Source of the DNA: a virus | Length of the DNA stretch: 41,172 nt | Virus record (IMG/VR): IMGVR_UViG_3300042934_000521 | Coordinates: 1 to 41,172 of that record | Direction: 5' to 3' (one strand) | Shown here: positions 30,920 to 40,856 of the stretch, in pieces | Layout of the letters: the number at the start of each line of letters is the position of its first letter | How positions within the stretch are numbered: the stretch's first letter is position 1 | Notes under the pieces: model-generated | Database searches by the model: none | What the model was told of the DNA's origin: nothing | The model's input: the letters and a program-made list of their open reading frames with translations, nothing else | Translations under genes and position numbers: made by a program

Positions 30920-31003
30920 GGCACTACATTCCACCACCCCTCCGGGTGGAGAACCCGCACGGTTCGAATCCAACTCATCACGAACCCGAGAGGGGTTATT
31001 GTC

Positions 31004-31525
31004 ATGGCAAGAGACGCCGACAATGTCAACATCTGGCGCGACGCGTGGATCTACGTATCCGCCGACGCGACCCGGCCCGCCCTACCGACCGACATCGATG
31101 CCGCTATGCCGGCTGGGTTCCTCGATGTCGGCTTGCTGAACGGCGACGACGGTATCGCCGAGGAGCGATCGAACTCCGAGACCAAGGCGTACGGCTGGGG
31201 TGCCGGCCTGATCAAGAAGTCGTTCAAGGACTTCGAGGTCGGTGGCACGTTCTCAATCCTCGAGGACAACGAAGTCACCCGCGCAATCATCTTCCCTGGC
31301 TCGACCGCGACGAAGATCGTCATGCCGAAGCCGGTGTACCGCTGGCTCGCATTCGAGACTCAGTCCGACGTCGAGGCCGCCGAGCGTCAGTTCACCACGA
31401 AGCTCGCGCAGCTGTGGGTGCCCAACAACAACCGCAACGAGGCGGACATCACGAAGTGGGAAGTTCAGTACTCCCTCTTCGCCAACGGAGCTAACGAGCT
31501 CTTCGATCGGCAGGTGGCGGCATGA
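31004..31525 (+). CDS. Major tail protein (173 aa)
   Basis: Position, size and high GC3. A terminator/attenuator hairpin lies one gene downstream. Confidence 0.75.
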   Translation: MARDADNVNIWRDAWIYVSADATRPALPTDIDAAMPAGFLDVGLLNGDDGIAEERSNSETKAYGWGAGLIKKSFKDFEVGGTFSILEDNEVTRAIIFPGSTATKIVMPKPVYRWLAFETQSDVEAAERQFTTKLAQLWVPNNNRNEADITKWEVQYSLFANGANELFDRQVAA

Positions 31526-31833
31526 GCGATCTCGTCAAGGTCAAGTTCATCAAGGATCGCGGCCGTCGACACGAAGGTGACGTCGTCAGCTACGACCCGA
31601 TTTCGGCTGAGCACCTTCTTCGTGAGGGCTTCGTCGAGGAGTACGTCGAGAAGGTTCTCGGCCTCGACACCGCCCCCGAATTCGCGGAGGTTGTCCAGCC
31701 TGTCGATTCTTCGCTACCGACTGCCGTCTTCAACGAAGGTGGCACTGCGGTCGATGGCGCCGTATCGGATGACTCCGACCCGAAGCCGGTCCGCGGCAAG
31801 ACCTCTCGTCCGGTCAAGTCGGACGAGTTCTGA
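31522..31833 (+). CDS. Hypothetical protein (103 aa)
   Basis: ATGA overlap. Track ORF. Confidence 0.55.
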   Translation: MSDLVKVKFIKDRGRRHEGDVVSYDPISAEHLLREGFVEEYVEKVLGLDTAPEFAEVVQPVDSSLPTAVFNEGGTAVDGAVSDDSDPKPVRGKTSRPVKSDEF

Positions 31834-31836
31834 TCG

Positions 31837-31877
31837 TCACCCCGGCCCTCTTCCGTGCGGGTTCAGGGCCGGGGTGA
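31837..31877 (+). terminator. 13-bp perfect hairpin (attenuator/terminator after the major tail block)
   Basis: TCACCCCGGCCCT (31837-49) pairs with AGGGCCGGGGTGA (31865-77), followed by TT. Confidence 0.6.
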
Positions 31878-31913
31878 TTCCCAGATAACCCGCACCAAAG
31901 TTGAGGAACCCGC

Positions 31914-32228
31914 ATGCAGAAGCCGAGTGAAGATGAAATCCGCTCCTTTGCGAAGAAGATCGGTGCCGTCGACGAAGGTGGCAACTACACCGAACCTCGC
32001 AGCAGGCTCGCGGCCGGCGCGCTCGAGTACCGCAAGGAACTCGCGAAGCAGGCCGACGAACAACCGGATGGAACGACAGCCGAACAACTCTTACGGCTTC
32101 ACGACGAATTGCTCGGCGAGGGATTTGTGCGAGACATCGCATATGACCTCGTCGTCTCCATTGCCCCCGCCCTAGTCAGACGACAAGGGCTTCAGCTGAA
32201 CCCGAAAGGAACCCGCACCCATGAGTAA
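31914..32228 (+). CDS. Hypothetical protein (104 aa)
   Basis: Track ORF. Lies between the major tail gene and the chaperone genes. Confidence 0.55.
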   Translation: MQKPSEDEIRSFAKKIGAVDEGGNYTEPRSRLAAGALEYRKELAKQADEQPDGTTAEQLLRLHDELLGEGFVRDIAYDLVVSIAPALVRRQGLQLNPKGTRTHE

Positions 32229-32763
32229 CCGAAACGATCGCGACTATGAGGACGACGGCATCGAAGGCGAGGTCGTCGACGGATCCTGGGGGAAGGATCT
32301 CGACCAGCGAGACCGACGCGACCGTCGCCGTGAACCCGAAGGCGACGACGACTACGAGAACGAGGATGTCGACCCGGACATCAACGAACCGCAGGTTGTT
32401 CGGCGCCGCCCGCCGAACCGTCGCGAGCGCCGCTCTGCCGGTCGCATTCCGCGCGACGCGCCCCGGCCGCAGGATCGAAAGGCTCCGCGCAAGTCGGCCG
32501 CTCGACGCGAGGTGGAGCGTGGTGAGATCTCGATCGACTTCTGGGGCATGACGTTCACGACCGATCAGACCGACCCGCTCGAATGGGATGAGGAAACGGC
32601 GATCGCATACGAGCGCAACCAGTTCGGCGTCTTCCTGGCATCGTTGTTCGGTCAGCAGACGTATTTCAAGTACACCGTCTCGGACCCGAAGCCGCGGCGC
32701 TCGGACACGCTCGAACTGTTCAAGCTTGTCGCCAAGGAGCTCGGCGGAGACGCGGGGGAATAG
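32221..32763 (+). CDS. Tail assembly chaperone (G-like, 180 aa) with a ~100-aa highly charged N-terminal extension
   Basis: C-terminal IDFWGMTFTT..PLEWDEETAIAYERNQ...LFKLVAKELGG. Lies directly before the tape measure gene. Confidence 0.7.
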   Translation: MSNRNDRDYEDDGIEGEVVDGSWGKDLDQRDRRDRRREPEGDDDYENEDVDPDINEPQVVRRRPPNRRERRSAGRIPRDAPRPQDRKAPRKSAARREVERGEISIDFWGMTFTTDQTDPLEWDEETAIAYERNQFGVFLASLFGQQTYFKYTVSDPKPRRSDTLELFKLVAKELGGDAGE

Positions 32764-33146
32764 CGGGCCTCCTCCAGCTTCTGCGTGACGACGAGTTGCG
32801 CGACAAGGTGGAGGCCGACCTTTCGCAGTATCACCATCTTCGACTGTCGGACCTGTGGCGATTCGACGAGGATGGCTGCCGACGTCTCACCCTTCGCGAG
32901 GTGTGGGTGAGACTTCGGCGGCTCCCAGGCGAATCGGCGCTGGTGACGCACTTCAACGGCGGACGACCACGCTGGGATGACGAGACATACCTGCTCGCCG
33001 ATCTCATTCACGTGATGTCCGGCAAGCCTCACCCCGCGCGTCCGAAGCCCGTCAAGGTGAAACCTTCGGACACCTCACGGCGCGAGCAGATCAAACGCCA
33101 GTACCGCCAACGCAAGCGGATCCCCGCTGGCCGAAAAACTCCATAG
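32221..33146 (+). CDS. Tail assembly chaperone G-T fusion by programmed -1 frameshift at GGGGGAA (32754-32760)
   Basis: The -1 frame is open from the slip site through 33146 (track ORF 32796..33146). The G-run lies immediately before the G stop TAG (32761-63). Confidence 0.65.
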
Positions 33147-33160
33147 AGACGAGGTGCCTT

Positions 33161-36100
33161 GTGGCGACAATCGGCTACGCAACCCTTCCGATCATCCCCA
33201 GCATGCAAGGCATCTCGGGCAACCTGTCCCAGTTGATCGGCGCGCCCATTGTCGCGGCCGGTCAGCAGGCAGGCCAGGACGCCGGGCGTGCGGTCGGCCG
33301 AGGAATGGCCGGCGGCATGTCCGCCTCGCAGTCGACAGTCGAGGCCGCGTCGGCAAAGCTGGCTGCAGCGCGCGGCAAGGAAGCAGATGCCGCCGGCAAG
33401 GTTCGTGTTGCCGAACTGAAGCTGCAGGAATTGCGGGACAAGGGGACTGCGACGGTCTCGCAGATCGCGGCAGCCGAGGAGCGCCTCGCTACAGCGGAGC
33501 GCGGCCGAGACACTGCCGTCTCCAACAGGTTGCGTGCGGTCAACGACCTGACCCAGGCGCGGGCACGTGCTGCCAATGGTGCCGATGACGAAGCGAGTTC
33601 GATCGACGATTCGACCGATGCGCAGGAACGCAACGCGGACGGAGCGGTCGATCTCGCGAAGAAGCTTGGCGGCCTGGCCATTGCTGCGGCGGGCATCGGA
33701 TCTGCAATGGATCTGGCAACGCAGAGCCTGGAGAAGTCGCAACTCGGCTCCAAGCTCGCGGCCTCGTTCGGAGAAACTCCAGAAGAGGCAAAGCGATATG
33801 GCGAGGTAGCGGGCAACCTGTACGCGGATGGAATCGGCGAATCCATGGAAGATGTCGCTGCATCTGTGGCGGCAGTTGGCGGCACCTTTGGTTCGCTCGA
33901 CACGATGGGCGGCGCACGCCTGGAGGAGCTCTCAGCGAAGGCGTCGAATTTCGCGAAGGTCTTCGATCAGGATGTGTCCGGGTCCGTGCAGACCGCGGGC
34001 ATGCTCATGCAGAACGGTCTCGCGGACAACGCCGATCAAGCGTTCGACATGATGACCCGCGGCATGCAAGAAGTGTCCGTCAGCATGCGCGACGAACTGC
34101 CGGAAATCCTGCAGGAGTACGGAACGAACTTCCGCGCACTGGGATTCGATGGCGAATCTTCCTTCAATCTCCTGATCGACGCCGCGAGCAAAGGCAAGTT
34201 CGCCCTCGACAAGACCGGCGATGCGCTCAAGGAATTCACCATTCGTGGTTCAGACATGTCAGCGTCGTCAACCGAGGCGTTCCAGTCCATGGGCCTCGAC
34301 GCACAACTCATGGCGAGCGACATCGCGGTCGGTGGCGAGAACGCCCAGTACGCACTACAGAAGACTGCCGATGCACTGCTGGGAATCGAAGATCCTTCTA
34401 CGCGGGCGAACACTGCAATTGCCCTCTTCGGTTCGCCCCTCGAAGACATGTCGGTCGATCAGATCCCGATGTTCCTCGAATCCCTATCTGGCGCACCTGA
34501 CGTCATGGGCGATGTCACGGGCGCAACCGACGAGATGTCGGCAACGCTCAACGACAATGCCGGATCTGCGGTCGAGAATCTCAAGCGGGCAATCCAGGGC
34601 GGCGTCCTCGAAGCGCTCGAGAATATGGCCGACTGGGTTGGGCGAAACTCGGAAACCCTCAAGACCATTGGGATGATCATCGCCCCACTGGCGGTCGGAT
34701 TCCTGGCCTACAAGCTCGCCGTCATCGGCATCACGGCAGCAACGACGGCATGGAACACAATCCAGATGCTCCTCAACGGGACGATGGCACTCAATCCCAT
34801 CGGCGCCGTTGTGGCGATCATTGCCTTGCTTGTTGCTGGAATTGTCATCGCTTACAACAAGTCCGAGACATTTCGCAACATCGTCCAAGCGGCGTGGCAA
34901 GGCATCCAAGACGCAATCTCCTTTGCCTGGAACAACATCATCAAGCCGATCTGGGATGCGCTATTGGTAGCCCTCGGCAAGATTGGGGAGTTCTTCACGT
35001 GGGTGTGGAACTCTGTCATCAAGCCCGCATGGGATGGTCTCGCCGCCGGCATAAGTTGGGCGTGGGAGAACGTCATCCGCCCGGCCTGGGACGGTCTACA
35101 GGCAGGTCTGAGCGCGGTCGGCGATCTGTTCCGCTCCGTCTGGGAGAACGTCATCAAGCCTGCATGGGATGGCTTGGGTGCAGGTATTTCGTGGGTCTGG
35201 GAGAACGTCATCAAGAAGGCGTGGGACGGACTCAAGGAGGGGCTCGAGACTGTCAAGAACAGCTTCTCGACTGCAGTCGATTTCATCGGCAGGGTCTGGG
35301 ACGGCATCAAGGGCATCGTCGCGAAGCCGGTCAAGTTCGTCGTGGAGACCGTCTACAACAACGGCATTCGTGGAGCATGGAACAAGGTGGCCGGCTGGCT
35401 GAATCTGCCGGAACTTCCCGAGGCTCAACTCGGTGAACTCGGCAACTACGCCAAGGGCACCGCGGTTTTGCCTGGCTATTCGCCAGGTGTCGACAACATG
35501 CGGTTCGTCTCGACTGATGGCTCGACAGCGATCAACCTTGGCGGCGGCGAAGGCATCGTCCGGCCAGAGGTTACCAAGGCGCTCGGTCCCGGGTGGATCA
35601 ATTCTGTGAACGCCTCTGCGTCGAATGGCGGCGTCCAAGGAGTGAAGAAGTTTCTCGGTGGATACGCCTCCGGTGGAACGATCGCTAACGGCGCGGAGCT
35701 GACGTCCGGCATTCAGAATTCGATGTGGGATGCAGTGCGAACGGCCTTCCCGAATGCGATCCTCACATCGGGCACGCGCTACGCGGATGTTGGATCCGGC
35801 TTCGACAATCACATGGGGCAAACAGCCATCGACCTCGCGGGTCCGATGTCCCAAATGGCTAGGTGGATCTACGAACTGAACAACACACAGCCTGTCGAGG
35901 AGCTCATTCACGCACCTTTGGATGGATGGCAAAACCTCAAGGCTGGATCGCCTCTCAACTATGGCGCTGCCACGGATGCGGATCACTACGATCACGTCCA
36001 CTGGGCAATGCGGCAGATGGTCGACTCGGACGGGAAGCTTGTTTCCTCCGATTCAGGCGGCGGCGGGTTCTTTGGGGCGATCAAGAATTGGCTCCGGAAT

Positions 36101-37288
36101 CGAGTCGCGGACGCCTTCGACAAGGTGATCGATCCTATCGGCAATGCCATCCCTACGTTCGGGGACTCGATGATCGGCCAGCTCCCGAAAACGGTGTTCG
36201 GATACATGAAGGACAAGGTTCGGGATTGGCTACTGGGAAAGGCTGACGAACAGGACACCTCATCGGGCGGCAGTGCTCTCCCCGGATCCGGCCCGACGGC
36301 CGATCAAGTCAAGGCAGCATTCGCACCATACGGCTGGGATTCCGGCGACCAGTGGGCTGCGGCCGACTGGATCATCGGCAAGGAATCTGGTTGGAATCCA
36401 GAGGCGGTCAACCCGTCTTCAGGTGCCTACGGGCTCTTCCAGTTCCTCGGTTCAACGAAGGATCAGTACCTACCGGACATGAACCCCAACCCTGGAATTC
36501 AGGGAGCGGCCGGCGCCCGATACATCAAGGATCGGTATGGAGACCCGCTTGCCGCAAAGCGGTTCTGGGAGGCGAACGGCTGGTATGACGACGGTGGTCT
36601 AGCTACCGGCGTCGGGTACATGGCAAAGAACGTCCTTGCGCCCGAGCGTGTCCTCTCGCCATCGGAAACGAAGGCGTGGGAGATGCTGGTCCCTCACCTC
36701 GTTTCCCTCGTGCCAGCGCTGGAGCACTTCGAGAGCGTAGTCACCTCGCCCGCATTCACGAGCGCTCAGAGCTTGCTCGGCGACGGGGAGTTCACACCCG
36801 AGCTTCGTGAGTCGTTCGGCGTCGAGGAATCGTCCCCGATCGTCAATGCGGTTCTCGGTGTGCGCGATCAGCTGAAGGGGATTGTGCCGGATCTGTTTGG
36901 CACCACTGGTGCCGCTGCGGGAGAAGCTACTGGCGTGGTTGATTCCCTCGGCGCTGTCGAGCCCGGCATGGAATCAGGGCCGACGGAACCCATCGGCGGG
37001 TCCGGCGTGGAGTCGTCTTACGGCGAAGGTGCGCAGGGCAATCCCGAAGTCGACAAGTGGACCGAGTGGGCGCAGAACGCAGGCAAGCAGTGGGAGGACT
37101 ACTTCAAGGACAACTGGAAGGAAATGCTCAACACTGCGGTCGGCGTCGGTCTCGGCAGCCGCGGTGGCGGGGGAGATACGTTCAACATGAACGGAAACTC
37201 CGACACCCAGGTCGCGAAGGTCATTCAGCGCAACCAGCGACGGAAGTCGTTGGCACAGCAACGGTCGGGAGGTTTCGGACGTGGCTAG
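33161..37288 (+). CDS. Tape measure protein (1375 aa) with embedded LAS/M15-like zinc-peptidase and lytic-transglycosylase motifs
   Basis: Size and position fit. NHMGQTAID (H-x6-D) plus HYDHVHW at ~35770-36010. GKESGWNPEAVNPSSGAYGLFQF at ~36368-36450. Confidence 0.9.
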   Translation: MATIGYATLPIIPSMQGISGNLSQLIGAPIVAAGQQAGQDAGRAVGRGMAGGMSASQSTVEAASAKLAAARGKEADAAGKVRVAELKLQELRDKGTATVSQIAAAEERLATAERGRDTAVSNRLRAVNDLTQARARAANGADDEASSIDDSTDAQERNADGAVDLAKKLGGLAIAAAGIGSAMDLATQSLEKSQLGSKLAASFGETPEEAKRYGEVAGNLYADGIGESMEDVAASVAAVGGTFGSLDTMGGARLEELSAKASNFAKVFDQDVSGSVQTAGMLMQNGLADNADQAFDMMTRGMQEVSVSMRDELPEILQEYGTNFRALGFDGESSFNLLIDAASKGKFALDKTGDALKEFTIRGSDMSASSTEAFQSMGLDAQLMASDIAVGGENAQYALQKTADALLGIEDPSTRANTAIALFGSPLEDMSVDQIPMFLESLSGAPDVMGDVTGATDEMSATLNDNAGSAVENLKRAIQGGVLEALENMADWVGRNSETLKTIGMIIAPLAVGFLAYKLAVIGITAATTAWNTIQMLLNGTMALNPIGAVVAIIALLVAGIVIAYNKSETFRNIVQAAWQGIQDAISFAWNNIIKPIWDALLVALGKIGEFFTWVWNSVIKPAWDGLAAGISWAWENVIRPAWDGLQAGLSAVGDLFRSVWENVIKPAWDGLGAGISWVWENVIKKAWDGLKEGLETVKNSFSTAVDFIGRVWDGIKGIVAKPVKFVVETVYNNGIRGAWNKVAGWLNLPELPEAQLGELGNYAKGTAVLPGYSPGVDNMRFVSTDGSTAINLGGGEGIVRPEVTKALGPGWINSVNASASNGGVQGVKKFLGGYASGGTIANGAELTSGIQNSMWDAVRTAFPNAILTSGTRYADVGSGFDNHMGQTAIDLAGPMSQMARWIYELNNTQPVEELIHAPLDGWQNLKAGSPLNYGAATDADHYDHVHWAMRQMVDSDGKLVSSDSGGGGFFGAIKNWLRNRVADAFDKVIDPIGNAIPTFGDSMIGQLPKTVFGYMKDKVRDWLLGKADEQDTSSGGSALPGSGPTADQVKAAFAPYGWDSGDQWAAADWIIGKESGWNPEAVNPSSGAYGLFQFLGSTKDQYLPDMNPNPGIQGAAGARYIKDRYGDPLAAKRFWEANGWYDDGGLATGVGYMAKNVLAPERVLSPSETKAWEMLVPHLVSLVPALEHFESVVTSPAFTSAQSLLGDGEFTPELRESFGVEESSPIVNAVLGVRDQLKGIVPDLFGTTGAAAGEATGVVDSLGAVEPGMESGPTEPIGGSGVESSYGEGAQGNPEVDKWTEWAQNAGKQWEDYFKDNWKEMLNTAVGVGLGSRGGGGDTFNMNGNSDTQVAKVIQRNQRRKSLAQQRSGGFGRG
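34921..35240 (+). repeat. In-frame tandem repeats within the tape measure gene (W.NVIKPAWDGL units)
   Basis: TGGGAGAACGTCATC at 35063, 35141 and 35198, with further degenerate units upstream. Confidence 0.85.
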
Positions 37289-38177
37289 CATCCTCGAATC
37301 CGAGGCAACCAAGTTGGTCTACATCGGGCCGCCAAAGGCGGATGGGTCGCCGGGTAAGTGCTGGCATCTCGCGGGCGTGAACGCGGGCGACGAAGGCGTG
37401 TCCCTGGAAACAGGAATGAAGGGGCACGTCTTCGCTTCGCTCGATTTGTTGACGTCCGAAGGTGCTAAGCAGGACGGTGCGACGTTCCTTCGATCGGTGC
37501 GCGGCAAAAGGGAGTTCGACATGCCGATCCTGATCGAGGGCCGCACTTCTCGTGAGTTCTTCGCCCGTCATGACGAGTGGTGGCGCAGTGTCGAGGCCGA
37601 CAGGCCAGGGCATCTCGGATTCTTTACGCGCTATAACGGCTGGTCATTTTCGCCTGTTCAGCTCGACTCCGCACCAGAGCCTCTGGGAGACGTTGACCCG
37701 GCGGGTGATTACTGCGAGTCGTACCTGATGGGTGTGACTGCGATGGATCCGGCATACCGCTCCTTCGACGAGCAGGTCACCTGGACCAATGAGCTCGGAT
37801 CGAACGAGGGCAAGGTCAATGTTCGCAATGCCGCGGGCATGGTTCAGTGGCCGACCTACACGATGAACGGTCCTGGGCGCTGGTGGATTCAAGATCCGAT
37901 CGACGATCCGGACGCGTTACGACTGGTGGCCACGCCCATGCTCGAAGCTGGCGAGACTTTGCGGATCGACACCGGAAAACGTCGACCGACCGCCCGAGTC
38001 TATTCCGCGGCAGGCGGTTTCAACGGTCGCAATGTGTGGGGCCAACTCAAGGGTCGTCGCTGGCTGTATTCGATTCCACCCTGGACGAGCAAGGAGATCA
38101 TCGTGCGCGTTGAAGGCGGAACGACCGCATCGAGTTTCATTGCCACCGGAACTCCGCGTGGCGCGAGGCCCTACTGA
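37281..38177 (+). CDS. Minor tail protein (distal-tail position, 298 aa)
   Basis: GTG overlaps the tape measure gene end by 8 nt. First gene after the tape measure. Confidence 0.7.
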   Translation: MASILESEATKLVYIGPPKADGSPGKCWHLAGVNAGDEGVSLETGMKGHVFASLDLLTSEGAKQDGATFLRSVRGKREFDMPILIEGRTSREFFARHDEWWRSVEADRPGHLGFFTRYNGWSFSPVQLDSAPEPLGDVDPAGDYCESYLMGVTAMDPAYRSFDEQVTWTNELGSNEGKVNVRNAAGMVQWPTYTMNGPGRWWIQDPIDDPDALRLVATPMLEAGETLRIDTGKRRPTARVYSAAGGFNGRNVWGQLKGRRWLYSIPPWTSKEIIVRVEGGTTASSFIATGTPRGARPY

Positions 38178-39775
38178 TGACGGCACCGGTATGGGATCCG
38201 CATGTCGAGTCTCGTCGGATGGATCAGGCGTACCTCGACGAGCAGAACGAATGGCGGGCGCCAGAGGCGTACGTGCGATTCTGGTCGAAGAATATGGTCG
38301 AGGAAGGCGTCGAGGGTTCGTATCTCGGCTTGCAGCACGGCAAGAAGCGGAACAAGGTCGGCGCGCTTGCAATGACCCTGCCGCACGACACCCAGTTTCG
38401 GGATCTGTTGCTGAACAACCCCGATGGCGAAGATGCCATGATTCCGATTACCTCGGACACCACCGGCGCCAGGTGGTCCGGGAAGGTCGACCGCGTGGCG
38501 TTGCTGCGCGACAAGGACGGCACCGAGACCATCGAGGTGTCGGCGCTGTGCGACTGGAACCATGTCGCAACGACATGCCTGTGGGCTTCTCCAGGCGGAT
38601 CACTGTATGCGCAGTTGCCGCGCCACGACTTCAAGATCGGGCCGACGGCGACAGTCGTTGCGTCGTACCTGTCGACGAACATCGTCTACCGACAGCAGCG
38701 CGGCGCCGTGTTCCCGATCGCCGTCGTTCCGGTCAATGCCGCGACGGATACCTCGAAGTGGTGCGGCGGTGCTGCACGCTTCGACATGGCGTCGCCGTTC
38801 ATCGACCGCTGGCTCGACGACGCGGGTCTTGTTCTGACGGCGGAGATGTTTCTTCCGGAGGAGGACGAGCAGCCGGCGCCCGAGTACTTCTGGCTCGAGG
38901 TCCCGACGATCGTTCTTCGCATCAAGGACAAGTCCGGTGTCACCGGCCCCACCGGCACAGCGCTCGACGGCCTGATTTCCTGGGTCGAGGACTTGCTCGA
39001 GGACGGCACCACTCCGGTGCGGTACCCGAACTTCGACGCTGAGTACGACTACGAGGGCGATCAGGCGTACGGCAAGGTCGGGCCACTGGGAACGAAAACG
39101 GCACTGCCGTGGGTCTGGTACTTCCAAGACGAATTCGACGGCATCGGCGAGTCCGAGATCGCGATTCACAAGCCCATGGCCTCGGACGTCTATGTCGGCG
39201 GCCGGTCTCCGTCGTACGTGAACGCTGCCATCGACATCGCCATCAAGCAGATGCTCTCGTTCCTGGGAATGCTCATCGGCTTGCCGGGATTGGATGCGCT
39301 GTACCGCGGCCAATTGGATGACGTGTTCTTCGCTTTCGACGTCGGTATCGACCGGGGCCGAGTGCAACGCTCCGGCCCGTACCGGTGGCGCGATCACTTC
39401 GTCACCGGCTCCGAGAAAGCGTTCACCATCGATGGACAGATGGCGAAGCTACAAGGCCTGCACGACACCCGCGGCTACACCAGCCACAAAGTCACGGTGC
39501 ACGACAATGCGCCGTACATCTACGGGCTTCACATGGAGAACGGCGATCAGATCGGCTTCCAGCTAGGCGATCTGATCTTCACCGACTACATCACCGAAGA
39601 CTTGTTCACCGACAACCGAACCGTCGCGTCGACATGGACGCTCACCATCGGCGATGGTGCAGCGGACGAGGACCCAACCGTCATGGGCTGGAATCGTCTC
39701 GGCCAACTCGCGCAGGTGATTTCGGTTCTCTCGAAGGATGTCGGCATGGAAGCCGACTTCTTCGGGCTGTTCTGA
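38177..39775 (+). CDS. Minor tail protein (tail-tip position, 532 aa)
   Basis: TGATG overlap. Second gene after the tape measure. Confidence 0.7.
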   Translation: MTAPVWDPHVESRRMDQAYLDEQNEWRAPEAYVRFWSKNMVEEGVEGSYLGLQHGKKRNKVGALAMTLPHDTQFRDLLLNNPDGEDAMIPITSDTTGARWSGKVDRVALLRDKDGTETIEVSALCDWNHVATTCLWASPGGSLYAQLPRHDFKIGPTATVVASYLSTNIVYRQQRGAVFPIAVVPVNAATDTSKWCGGAARFDMASPFIDRWLDDAGLVLTAEMFLPEEDEQPAPEYFWLEVPTIVLRIKDKSGVTGPTGTALDGLISWVEDLLEDGTTPVRYPNFDAEYDYEGDQAYGKVGPLGTKTALPWVWYFQDEFDGIGESEIAIHKPMASDVYVGGRSPSYVNAAIDIAIKQMLSFLGMLIGLPGLDALYRGQLDDVFFAFDVGIDRGRVQRSGPYRWRDHFVTGSEKAFTIDGQMAKLQGLHDTRGYTSHKVTVHDNAPYIYGLHMENGDQIGFQLGDLIFTDYITEDLFTDNRTVASTWTLTIGDGAADEDPTVMGWNRLGQLAQVISVLSKDVGMEADFFGLF

Positions 39776-39794
39776 CTACTACTGGGAGGACCCT

Positions 39795-40847
39795 ATGTCG
39801 GACGTGACATTCACCGCGAAGGTGAAGATTACGCGGGAGATGGACACGCTCGGCTTGCCTGTGACCACAGCCGAGGTCGAGGTCGACGAATACGCAGCAC
39901 TGCTTCCACTGCCGGCGGGACGAGAGGGAGACCAAGGGCCGCGCGGCCGACCGCGCACGACCTGGGTCAAACGCGGAACGGTGACCAACGCAGCCGCTCT
40001 CGCAATACTCGATCCAGCTGACCGTGACTTCGGTCATTGGTGGCACAACCTTGCAACCAACGGAATGGAAACGTGGACTGAGATCGGCTGGGTATCCTCA
40101 CCTGGCGCGGTAGGGCCGCCTGGGCCTCCGCCTGGGCCGTATTCCTTGTCTGCGGCAGGAACGGTGTCCGACCCCAAACTCTCGATCGCCGGGGCGCAGA
40201 TCGCAGATGTGCCCGGCGGACAGACACTGAAGGTCACCGTCCCGGCGGGCGAGAAGGGCGAGAAGGGGCCGATCGGCACCGCGGGACCAATCATCGAGTC
40301 CGCCGACTACGACAACACTCTCGGACCCTCGAACGGCTCCCTGTTCGGATGGAATCGAGGAACCAAGAAGTATCGACCGTTGCCCTTTCCGAATGGGTTT
40401 GGCCCATGGCAGACGGCGCAGGCGGATATTCATGCCGACGAGACCGGCATCTCCGACGCCAAGCGCACAATGGCGACACTCGAAATTCCACCACTGCCGT
40501 TCCCTTGGCAGCCCTTCGTCATGGGATCCTTCCGAGCCGTTGCCGGCGGCACCAGGTCGCAGAGCAACGTCGTGGGATATGTGCGCATCAATAATGTCAA
40601 CGGTCCAGCCTGCGCCATCGGAGTGAATCCCTGGTGGGAATCGATGGCCAACTCAGCGCTCGGCGGCGAGGTCAACATTCGACCGATGCTCAGCCCGAAG
40701 GTGACCTCGGGAACGTCGGACCTGATCATCCCCGCTGGCGAGCCGACGACGTTACTCCTGTCGATGGAGCGCTCGAAGATGGAAAACAACTGGTCGTGGT
40801 GGAGGTCGCATTGCTACCTCATCTGCTACGCCCTCCCAGTGATTTGA
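39795..40847 (+). CDS. Minor tail protein with collagen-like Gly tracts (350 aa)
   Basis: GGGAGGA RBS. GREGDQGPRGRP, GAVGPPGPPPGP, GEKGEKGPIGTAGP. Trimmed from track ORF 39738..40847. Confidence 0.75.
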   Translation: MSDVTFTAKVKITREMDTLGLPVTTAEVEVDEYAALLPLPAGREGDQGPRGRPRTTWVKRGTVTNAAALAILDPADRDFGHWWHNLATNGMETWTEIGWVSSPGAVGPPGPPPGPYSLSAAGTVSDPKLSIAGAQIADVPGGQTLKVTVPAGEKGEKGPIGTAGPIIESADYDNTLGPSNGSLFGWNRGTKKYRPLPFPNGFGPWQTAQADIHADETGISDAKRTMATLEIPPLPFPWQPFVMGSFRAVAGGTRSQSNVVGYVRINNVNGPACAIGVNPWWESMANSALGGEVNIRPMLSPKVTSGTSDLIIPAGEPTTLLLSMERSKMENNWSWWRSHCYLICYALPVI

Positions 40848-40856
40848 GGACTTCAA

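Noticed and set aside
30920-31003. T-loop-like GGTTCGAATCC in the gap before the major tail gene (possible tRNA)
   Set aside because: The flanking bases (CACGG / CCAAC) cannot form a T-stem, and no acceptor pairing exists.
5141-31877. Similarity between the hairpin arms TCACCCCGGTCCC (5159-71) and TCACCCCGGCCCT (31837-49) as a dispersed repeat family
   Set aside because: Only ~9 contiguous shared bases, in GC-rich stems. This is compatible with chance or convergent terminator composition.
34921-35240. Tandem repeats considered as a CRISPR-like or iteron array
   Set aside because: The repeats are in frame within the tape measure ORF and encode a repeated peptide unit. No spacer-repeat regularity is present.
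35096-36001. 301-aa minus-strand ORF, plus other long antisense or off-frame ORFs in the tape measure, protease and tail genes (e.g. 26830..27747, 38032..39042, 38600..39397)
   Set aside because: All overlap well-supported genes. They have Arg-rich shadow composition and lack start contexts.
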